Assembly (NCBI RefSeq): GCF_902459465.1
Contig: NC_047082.1
Span: 1,984,001 to 2,048,000, forward strand
From: Asterias rubens
Lineage: Eukaryota
Reading direction: 5' to 3'
DNA length: 64,000 nt
Under the pieces are notes generated by a model. That model saw only the letters and a list, made by a program, of their open reading frames with translations, did no database searches and was not told where the DNA came from. Of the stretch, positions 26,501-36,902 are shown piece by piece. The translations under genes and the position numbers were made by a program. The first letter of the stretch is position 1; the number at the start of each line of letters is the position of its first letter.

Positions 26501-29500
26501 AATCTGGAATAATAGCCACATACTCCTTCGGCTATTTTGCATCCATCAAAACCTGAACGCAGTGCTGTACTTTCTTCAGACTCAAAGGGAATTCACATAA
26601 AATAGAATATTATCAAATCAAAACACACTCGGTGACTATCAGAGAAGCGGTTCTTTAACTGTTTTGCCGTATCTTGATCATTGAAAAAAACATACCCTTT
26701 CAGTTGCATCACATTTAGAAGCGGAAATTCAAAGGATCTTTTTTGATGAGACCGGTGGATAAGAGGGTAATTGTGGAGGTCTCGTTTCTTGGTTTGTATA
26801 TTCGGCCTTGGGCAATTATGTTAAGCACTAACAGCGTGTAGATATCATTTCAACTTCTATAAAAAACATATTTTGACTGTGGGAGATATCAATGTAGTAA
26901 ATCATACGGGGTCGTGAATGGTTATATTCTGTGAATATTTGATCTTAAATGTCATGATCCATTCGTTATTATGATCTATTAATATTGTGTTCGTGAAATA
27001 CACACTTATTACGACTTCAAAGTACACGGAAAGCTCAACAATTGGTACTTTTTATTTGGTCTTTTTAAATTTGTTAGACTGATTCCTCACACATTGGTGT
27101 TACGTGGGATTCCGTGGGGTTTCACCCCCTGAGATTTCAAAATGATTTGGGGATAGTTGTCCTGTTGTCCTATAATAATAAATGGACAAGCAATTTAGGT
27201 TCCATGTTTAGCTGACGGATACAAATTTGCGTCAATACCCGTCAACAGACTCATTTCCTCCAGCCTCAATTTGGTGATGTCCGTTTTGTGCACACTAAAA
27301 ATTAGATGGGGGGGATGATGCAGAAACAGCTCAGTGACCCCGAGCGAAGGGTTGAAGAGAAAACTCTCTCAAGGATCAAGAAAAAGATTAGTTTAAACGT
27401 TCCATATTACCACATAGGCTTACACGGGGTCATGGCCATTCACATGTCCAATAGAATTTCTAATAAGTCACTCATCATTGCATTAATTGGCTCGTCCCCC
27501 CCTTCCCTCTGGGAACGATCTTGCCGGCTCGTGTGGTCTTTAAGTGCAGGTATCGATTAATACAAACAATCATTATTTCGGCAAATTAAGAGTTCTTTTG
27601 AAGAAGTTTTCCGGAGGAATGTACAGATTTCACAAGCGTTTGAAGCACACAACGATTACACACATCGGTTGGATATTTTTTATCAAGAGAACGATTTCGA
27701 TATGCTGCTGTACACAAATGTATTTGATGGGCAACATTTATTTCAGTCCAGTAAAATTGTTTAAATTTTTAATAAGAAAGTTTATTATACACTTATGCAT
27801 GAGTTGAGCCACTGGCAAATCAGTGAGTTGTGTTTTCACGAAACCCTGGAGCAGTAAGTTTTCTCTGTTTCAAACTGTTGACGAAACCCACGACAGCGCA
27901 AGAACATTCGAAGTAATTGTTTCAGTAAATACTTTTCTAACGGTTGAGGAAAAACTCCGTCTTCCGGAACCCTCATCCCAGATGGAACTCGTGCAAACAT
28001 GAAGTAGCAAATTCAGGCTAGTCGGACCGGCATAACTAAATAAGACAGATGCGTAAAGACACGTCTTGGATCAATAACCAAGACAGGTGGCCGTCTTGGA
28101 ACCAATCGGGCGCATGATGCAGAAACAGCTCAGTCCAACCCCCAAGTACAGTGGTTGCAGAGAAAACTCCCTTAAGGTTTAAGAAAGACATTAGTTTAAC
28201 TTCATGCATAAAAGATAAAGATTTTGTATGCACAAGGGAAAAAAGGGGTAGAATATTTTGGGTTGTTGGCTATGTTTTACCTTCTCGTCTTGTGTCTTGG
28301 GTGTTTTGTTTAGTTTACCCGAAGTGCATCTTAATATGATTGTATTCATTATAGGAAAGTTGTCATACTGAAGCGGTTCCATTGTAAATATTTTATCAAC
28401 AAATTGTGCCAAGAACTGGTGCTTCAAAGGGATGAGCTATGAATAAGGTGAAGGGGAGGGGGCAGATGATGTGTTATACCAGTTTGTATGAAGTTAAATT
28501 CAGACCTAAGTCTTATTTTGAATGTGGCCTTGTTCCGACGCATTATGTACTGTGCTTAAAGTTTATAAGCACAACTAAGCAGAAATCGATTAAAAGTGCG
28601 AGTAGAAGACTAAGCAATATTCATCGTATCGTTGACGCATTCTGTCTCACCCAATCCCAAATTCACAGGTGGACTAAATAATATATTCAATACGGTACCT
28701 GAACAAAGTCCCTTAACAAACAGGCATAAATCCCGTTCAGCATGATGTATGATGTGTGTTTAGAACACCTCTGGGTTTACAACACCATCTTAACATTCTT
28801 CTTTCAAAACACTTCATCAGCGCCCAATCGCCCCAAGTATTGCGTCAAGTACTCCCCCCTTGGGGCGAGAATTCTAATATTACCAGACTTGACCTAAAAT
28901 GTTTCCGAGTATGTCACCTCCTATATAGAAATCTAAGATGTCTTTGAAGACGTTCGCATTACTGGGAGGGGGGCTTCCGTAAGCCTCGGGTGCCCCTGAG
29001 AGGTTGACTGATTAAAATTGTAGATTACGCTGTCATAGAGTGAGCCTACTCATCGATCAATAGACAAAGACAATGAGGAAAAATCATCTTCATACTATTA
29101 TGCGAATATTTGAAAACCAATCTCTCTTGCTGGAACTGTATGAAATCGTAGTAAGAAAAAACTAAACTTCAATTACACAATCAGGAGCCACCCGCCACTC
29201 GCTCTCACCCAAACAAGTAAATAAATAAATGATAACAACATAAAATAAATTGATATAAAACAAAAAATAAATGAATAAAATAAAAACATTATAAATAAAT
29301 ACAAAACAAAAAAACAACAACAAAACAAAACATGTTAATTTACCACGTTGCTGGTAGTTGGTATGTATTAATTTTTTTTAAAGACTGCATCATGCTTTAA
29401 AAATGACTTACTATGTCGTTCACACCCGTCCCCCTTAGTTACCCCCCCCCCCAAAAAAAAACAAAAAAAAAGTAAGGGGACTGTTTATTTATGTTAATGG

Positions 29501-30914
29501 GTGGATTATCACTGTGAGATACGAGCGCTAGTTTGATTTTATCCATATTAGAATATGCTTAGATTAGATTGGTTTATTAGCCAACGATTAAAAACAATCA
29601 CAGGAAGTTGATGAATTAGTCTCACATCATAAAAAATTAGCTATCCTCGCAATATGAAACCAATATAAAAATAGTATTCAATCAATGTTCAAATAAAACT
29701 GCGTTGAGATTAATGAGTTATTGTTCTCTTCACAGGGTATGTTCCTTGTTGCTCTACCCTATGCTGTCCTACATGGTGGATACTGGGGCCTTCTCGCACT
29801 CGTCACAGCTGCTGCAGTCACATGCTACACTGGAAAGATTTTAGTAGAGTGCCTCTACGTCACTGATGACGTCACTGGTTTGCGTGTGCGCGTGCGGGAG
29901 TCCTACGTGGACATTGCTAAGGAAGTATGGGGAGACCGTTTCGCTGCGCAGATTGTACACACTGCGCAGTTCATTGAACTGATCATGACGTGTATATTGT
30001 ACTTGGTGCTGTGTGGAGATCTCCTTAGTAACAGCTTTCCTACAGATAAGATGGATGAAACTGCATGGACAATGCTGGCAACTTTCTTAGTGGTACCTTG
30101 CGCTTTCCTCCGGGACCTCAAAGCAGTGTCCTGTTTGAGCTTTGGTAACGCCATTGTGCACCTGGTCGTCAACGCCATCTTGATTGGATTCTGCATAAGC
30201 TGTGCTGCCAGTTGGCATTGGAGTGACGTCGCAGTCCATGTCGACATCCACTACTTCCCGGTTTCCATGGGGATCGTCATCTTCAGCTACACTTCCCACA
30301 TCTTCCTACCCAGCCTGGAGGGAAGCATGATCGAACGCAACAAGTTCAACAAGATGCTCTACTGGACCCACGGTCTAGCCGGCTTCTTCAAGGCTCTCTT
30401 TGCTTATCTCTGCTACTTGTCTTTTGGCCCAGGAACCCGCGATATAATCACAGATAACCTTCCAACTCAAGGCTTCAGGGCGATCGTCAACGTCGTCTTG
30501 GTCATCAAGGCACTTCTGTCTTACCCCTTACCCTTCTACGCCGCCGTGGAGCTCCTAGAAAGAGCCTTCTTCAGTGGTCGACCCCGCACGGTGTTTCCGT
30601 CTTGCTACGCTCTGGACGGGTACCTGAACGTCTGGGCGGTGGCTTTACGTACCCTTGTAGTCGTGTTTAGCATGCTCCTAGCTATTGTCATCCCTCATTT
30701 CAACCTGTTGATGGGTCTTATAGGCAGTTTCACCGGCACCATGCTGTCTTTCGTCTGGCCTTGCTGGTTCCATTTAAGTATTAAATGGCATGAGATTCCT
30801 TGGTACCAGAAGCTGTTCAATATTTGTGTGATTCTTTCTGGGTTTGCTGTAGGCCTAATTGGGATTATTTATTCATTTGAGGCCCTTTTAAAAACATACA
30901 GAACTGAGCTTTAA
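20559..30914 (+). CDS. SLC32A1: Vesicular inhibitory amino acid (GABA/glycine) transporter VGAT/VIAAT, 512 aa, 2 coding exons
   Basis: Exon 1 is 20559-20918 and ends WDAGWNVTNAIQ|gtaagc. Exon 2 is 29736-30914 and starts cacag|GMFLVALPYAVLHGGYWG, with AQFIELIMTCILY and LLSYPLPFYAAVELLE motifs. The 8.8-kb intron is at the same position as in vertebrate SLC32A1. Confidence 0.96.
23187..23420. repeat. Diverged ~121-bp tandem duplication in the VGAT intron
   Basis: Two copies begin aaaatgcatt(c/t)aggaaaa and share aaattatattaaaacgaaagtga and ttatcattcaatta. Confidence 0.8.
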
Positions 30915-31501
30915 ATAATAATGTGCGGATCAATCAACGCATCGAAAAGGGTACCCATGCACGGAAGGACCTGTACAAGTATACGCGCCCGTTGCCTATG
31001 TCATGGTAGATCTTACAATTGGTTTTAAACATGTTTTTATTTCGAGTCAACCTTTCATCCTTCATCCAAAGAGTGGTGTTCAAAGATTGCATATTATGAC
31101 TTTAAAAGTGGGAAAAAGTTGATATTATGTAAATTATGTAAACCAATTTGGAAAGAATTAATATTTTGATGAAAATGTTTACTACTTTTGGATACTTGGA
31201 AATGTTCGAACGGTTTGGACGGTCCCTGATGCAAAGGCCTTATTGAATTTCTCTGAAAAGGTTCACAAAACTTCGACGAAAAAGTAACCCTCTAAATTTA
31301 CGAAATATCTGTGAAAACCCGAAAAAACACAAAGATGAATTGTTCAAATAGTTCTTATCCAATATTTTTTAAGGTAAATAAATATGCGAAAGGTGACGTG
31401 TGAAACCACCGTAAAGTGTTATGAAATTTTGATTATGGGATAATTTGAGGGTCTTTTGACCTGATGTTATGTACGATACTATAAAGGTGTCAAAGACTTA
31501 A

Positions 31502-31879
31502 GGGCAGTGGACACTATTGGTAATTACTCAAAATAATTATTAGCATAAAACCTTTCTTGGTGACTAGTAATGGGGAGAGGTTGGTGGTATAAAACATTGT
31601 GAGAAACAGCTCCCTCCGAAGTGCCATAGTTTTCGAGAAAGAAGTAATTTTCCGTGAATTTGATTTCGAGACCTCAGGTTTAGAACTTGAGGTCTCGAAA
31701 TCAACCATCTAAATGCACACAACTTCGTGTGAAAGGGTGTTTTCTTTTTTCATTAGTATCTCGCAACTTTGATGACCGATTGAGCTCAAATTTTCACAGG
31801 TTAGCTATTTTGTGCATATGTTGAGATACACCAACTGTGAAGGCTAGTCTTTGACAATAACCAATAGTGTCCACTGCCT
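31502..31879 (+). mobile_element. Non-autonomous TIR element, TTAA-associated (Kolobok/piggyBac-like), copy 1
   Basis: Perfect 18-bp TIR ggcagtggacactattgg / ccaatagtgtccactgcc, with TTAA on the left flank. The internal sequence is homologous to 55506-55891. Confidence 0.85.
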
Positions 31880-32695
31880 GTTTAATTTCAGGCTACTTGG
31901 GATACCACAGTCCTGTCCTCAGTGTATTCATATAGTCTGAGCATTCTTAATTACCAAAGCAAAGCAATACAGAGTGACCATTCATTTCCTAGCAATGATA
32001 AAAAACTTGGAAATAGGAACAAGGCCTTCATGTTCCCATAAACTTTGGTGAATACTTTTTGAGTAACTTATATACACAGCTATAACTTTAACCTTTGAAG
32101 TTTAACATGATTTGATTTAATTTTCTATTTATTTATCAACCTTGATAAAACCACTATTTAGAATTACCTGAATGTAAGGATGTTTTGCTCGTAAAAAGTG
32201 TCTTTTTGTCAAAGAATTAGCTTTGTTTTGGTCTTAAATGTACACTTATTGTCTATTATGATTAAAAATGATGTATAATAAAATGGATCAATACCAATCA
32301 AACTATTCTTGTCTATAGTTTTCATTTTAAATAAAGACACAAATATTTTGGTTTTTAACCTATGAATCCCAAACAAATAGAACGTCTTGGATTGGGTTGC
32401 CATCGAATTTTGCTTATTTCCCGGCATTATTAATTACCAAAGCAAAGCAATACAGAGCGACCATGAAGTGATCATGAGGTATTTCAATGTTACAGATGTT
32501 GCCTAAGTTTACCTTAATACAAATATCGGAAATATTCGGCAATATTATTCCCCAAAAGTTACCAATCAGTTAAAATCTTACTGTCTTGTCATAACTGGTG
32601 GACGAATCCATGGACGAATCCGAAATACCTTAGTAATTCTGTGTATTGAAATCAGCAGGAATAACACACTTTCAGTTTAAGTGTGAACCAAACGC

Positions 32696-33529
32696 TTAAA
32701 AATTTGACTTGATAATTTTACCGATGAGCTCAGCATCAGGGAAATCCATGGCAACAATTCCCCATCTAGTTTTTCCCTTCAAGAAATCCGACAAGTACGA
32801 GTTCACACGCTCTGCAACAGCAAGTGGCCAAGCCAGCGCACTAGTGCCACTACAATAGGTAAGGTACATAGAGCTGACTGATCCTTGCTTGGCTCTGTCA
32901 AGATTGCTCCTTACGGTATGCCATTTTGCCTCAATGTCTTCAAGAAGTAAACTCGGGATCTTCCCCCCATCTTTAACATCTAAAGACCCGTATGGAAGCC
33001 CGACTGATCCCGAACCACCATCATAGTCTCGTAGAACTACAAGTTTTCCCCGAGCTTCCTCCACCAATGGAAACTCCTCCCCTTGATAAAATAGAGTAGA
33101 TGAGAACCTATTGAGACAAAGTTGGACAGCTTCAGCAAAGGTCGTAGTGTTGCTCTCTGGTTTACACTCTTCATCAATGCGCATAAAGACGATCTCTGTG
33201 TCGTGTGCGTCTAAGAACTTCTCCGTCACCTCAAGAACATTGTCCAAGTTTGCAAGCTGGTAGATAACATCATGATGGATCAGTAGGCCATCGTTGAAAT
33301 GTCGGCATCGTATATCGACAAATCGAATTCCTGTTTCATATTGCTTGGATAAAGGCAGTGTTTGACACTGATGCGATGGGCCACCATATTGGCTCATCGT
33401 GCAGTGGGTTCCTGGTATGGATAAAGTACACACTGAGTGTGAATCAGGCAACTGTTTCATCCAACTTGTGTATGGTGTCATGACTGTCGTGTCTTTATGC
33501 AGTGAACAAAATATCCCATAACAAACCAT
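32696..33529 (-). CDS. Bacterial-type phosphatidylinositol-specific phospholipase C (PI-PLC X domain, Bacillus-like family), intronless CDS
   Basis: 277-aa ORF with WMxxLPD...LSIPGTH, GIRFVDIRCR, IHH, ARGKLVVL and WGIVAMDF motifs collinear with B. cereus PI-PLC. The true start may be the ATG at 33481 (MTPYTSWM). Confidence 0.9.
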   Translation of the reverse strand: MVCYGIFCSLHKDTTVMTPYTSWMKQLPDSHSVCTLSIPGTHCTMSQYGGPSHQCQTLPLSKQYETGIRFVDIRCRHFNDGLLIHHDVIYQLANLDNVLEVTEKFLDAHDTEIVFMRIDEECKPESNTTTFAEAVQLCLNRFSSTLFYQGEEFPLVEEARGKLVVLRDYDGGSGSVGLPYGSLDVKDGGKIPSLLLEDIEAKWHTVRSNLDRAKQGSVSSMYLTYCSGTSALAWPLAVAERVNSYLSDFLKGKTRWGIVAMDFPDAELIGKIIKSNF

Positions 33530-34276
33530 GAATATACACTTGGACTGGTAAACATGTTAGGGAAAGGTACTCCATAATTGTTTTTATTATGTCGATGTAC
33601 ATTGTACTTTGTACAACAAACCTTTATATGTTTTGGGTCAGTACACCCGTCACAATCTAATCCTATGGTGCACGATTGTGTCGCCATAACCGACCTCGTT
33701 GTTTGTGTAAGTTCTCGCGAGACTGCTCTCGACTAAGGTCCCATTTAACCGAATCTGCGAACATAGTCGTGACAGCAGTACCCCGGCAAGGAGCAGTCCT
33801 TTGCGAGATAGTTGCAAGAGAGCCGTTTTACTATGGTGCAACATATTTTAACGACTTGTTCACAAGTCTAGAGTTGATCTAACCAAACTTGAACTTAACA
33901 AAACACACAACAAAATGTTTTGCTCAATTATTATTCGAACCAATGGAGGCAAACTTAGCCTACGGTAAATGGTATTTCTTTATTGCGCATATTGCTATAG
34001 AAGACACAATCTGAAAAACGTCTCTGCCAGTAACGCTTTTCAAGTTCAAATATTTATTCGTTTTCCATAGTACATTACTTCAGAGTGAACTGGTTCTCAA
34101 AATGCTTTATAGAACGGAAAGCTGCGGTACTTCAACTGTTTTATTGTCATTAATTTTAAGAGTGATTACCAGACGTATAGTCTACCCTTATATTTAATAA
34201 TCTGGTCTCAAACTAATTGACAAATTGACACTTATTTTTAATGACAATGTAAAACAAGGTTGACATTATTTCGAAC

Positions 34277-34364
34277 GAGCTTTTCCTGCATATTCATGAG
34301 GGAAGTTGTTCAGTTATGCAGAGCTTTTCCTGCATATTCATGAGGGAAGTTTTTCAGTTATGCA
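34277..34364. repeat. 44-bp tandem duplication (43/44 identical)
   Basis: gagcttttcctgcatattcatgagggaagtt(g/t)ttcagttatgca x2. Confidence 0.92.
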
Positions 34365-34762
34365 TAAAGCATTAAAGCTCTACCAGCAAAGACGAGCATC
34401 GCTTCATGTGTCATCAACTGCTCACCCGGCTAATACATTGACTGAGCGCATTATCAAACAATGTGGGTGATGCAAATAAAAATGTATTGATATAAAAACA
34501 AATTCGCTCCCAAGAAAACAAAATCTTATAAAAAAATCTAAACAAAACAAGAAGTGATCACGAGACATTGATGAGACCATGATACACTCAAAACAGACAT
34601 TCTAGACAGTTTTTTTTTACCGACAAATCACTATATATTATCTCATAAGAAAGTTAAATCACAGATGTTTACAGCATGCTCACTCATATTCCATAAGCAT
34701 CACTTAGCTAATTAGGGCTCACTACCCCCCCCCCCCCAAACAAAAAGTATTTCACCACTCTC

Positions 34763-34797
<35 letters not shown>

Positions 34798-34900
34798 TTA
34801 ATAGAAATAATTATAAAAAATAAAAAATATATTTGTAAAGCGCCTAATGCCAAAAGCCTCTAATCGCATAAAGAGACCAACAAAACACACAATGAGAGAA
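34763..34900 (-). mobile_element. Probable L2/CR1-type LINE or SINE 3' tail ending in an (ATT)n microsatellite
   Basis: The minus strand reads ...ttaggcgctttacaaata...ttattattattatt, a typical L2-like 3' end. No RT coding remnant was recognised. Confidence 0.4.
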
Positions 34901-35236
34901 AGATAAAAATAACACAGACTTAAAACATTGCAAAGAAGTAGCCTGGAGAATACACACAGGAAGATCATTGCAAAGAAACAGTGCGGCAAATGAAAAAGAT
35001 CTGTGGCCATAACAATAATACCATCAACTAATGTATTCGGGTTCGTTCTTGTGTCAACTGAAGCTTTAACTTCCTCTATGATTCGTAAAAGGCTGAAGCT
35101 CAATAGCCTTTAGCTATTCGCCTCTTTAACCTTACACTCTTATACCTCTGAAAGGAACCGCTTTTTGGCATTCAAGTATAAATCAAATTTTTATATGAAT
35201 TTATACTAACACTACTAATTAGGGGTGTGTTCATAC

Positions 35237-35375
35237 TTTTTTTTTTTTTTTTTTTTTTTTTGGGACTATACACTTTTTTTTTTTTTATTGTGCTACGGTG
35301 GGACCGAGATTTGAACCGCGAACCCTTTGAGTGCAAGGCGAGGAGAATTGCCGTTAGGCCATCAGGCTACAGCCT
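35237..35375 (-). mobile_element. tRNA-derived SINE-like element with poly(A) tail
   Basis: Minus-strand A-box tggcctaacgg and B-box ggttcaaatc, followed by A13 and A25 tracts (T runs 35274-35286 and 35237-35261 on +). Confidence 0.65.
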
Positions 35376-36902
35376 AAACCCAATGCGTTAAAATGTGCTA
35401 TATATATTCAACAAATTACTCGTACACTATTGATGAAATCTTACTATACAAATAAAAGCAAACCTTCACTGATCCACATGAATTTTTACTGAGTCCAGAA
35501 GAGAGACAAAAACAGGTATTTTGATGACTAAATGTAGACAGATTGCGCAATATATGCAGTCATATTAATGTTTGAAACCGGAAGGTAATGCCATTCATAA
35601 CGCGAATAAATGTTCGAGGCGTTGACATGTACATAGACCCATAGACTGCTGTGTATGTAGAGGTTTATCGTGAATTCATCAGTTTGTGGGATTTCCCCAA
35701 ACACGCAATGTGGTTCAACACGCTCCTGGGCGGACAAACAGAGGGCGCTGTCGGAGTTCAGAGCGAAAACAACCAAGCATGAACACTGTATTCAAGGCAG
35801 CGTTCGGATGATTGTTATTTTCCTGTGGTAAAGCGGGGTCTTTAACTTGAAATAAACTCTTATTATTTCGTAACTCGTTTTAAAATCACGTTAAACTTGA
35901 CACTTGCTTACATGGAGTAAAATGTTAACAGTTTCAAGAGTGCGCTCGGTCTTGTATCAAGAATCAAAACAATATCAACATTAAAGAAACCAAAAATTCC
36001 CCCGTACTGGTGGGGTACTAATCAACGAAATATGTGTGATAAGATTTTTTGGGGGTAATGCTTGCAAGAGAACGTGGCATGGAAAAGTCCTTAATAGATT
36101 GACATATTATGACCAGCCAGTGCATTTTATTTACAAAATATTCGATTGTATTGTAATTTTTATTTTTCAGTTTAATTGATGTTTTTACTGTTGTATTTTC
36201 TTCTTATTATTATTCATAGGCGTAAATTACTACTTCATGCAAAACGCTGCTGTAGGCTTTGAATTAAAGGTTTTTATCACGTATGCCCCCCTTCCACTGT
36301 ACTGTGTATATTGGTTCAGCAGACCTATTTAATTTGTTTTGCTGTAAACATGCTGTCAATAAACCTGGTCGTCGTCGTACAAATTTGGGCTTGCTTGACA
36401 AATTAATTGATTTTCTAAAAAATAGACATCCTTGTCCCAAATTTAAAAACTGTTAATGCTTATTTTAACAAATATTATTCGTAAAAATATGAAAACTCAA
36501 ATTGGATATTAAACAAATTTCTAAAGTTATTTTTATTTTCACGATTTGTGTATGAATACAATTTAAAATGAAGATTGGTTTCCTTAGAAAGGTAGTCTTT
36601 GTTCGAGTCTTTTTCGATACGTCTGATACTTGCACAGTCATAACAATATTGATCGTCCATCCTATATTTAGACCCCTGGCAAATCAATGACCTTGACTAA
36701 CTGAAACCAACAAATTTGCATCGTAACAGTAGACTGAAATCGATGATGCATTACTGATATGTGTAGGCGATGTTGAATACCCTATTGAATATAACATGAT
36801 GAAACCCAATCATTGAATCAACGATACTCCTGCCGTAGACACACACAACAAATGGCATAGCACCTATACATTCACGTCATTAATACCAGCAAATCCGCCA
36901 CC

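Noticed and set aside
29903-30299. Antisense ORFs overlapping VGAT exon 2
   Set aside because: These are shadow ORFs of a GC-rich coding exon.
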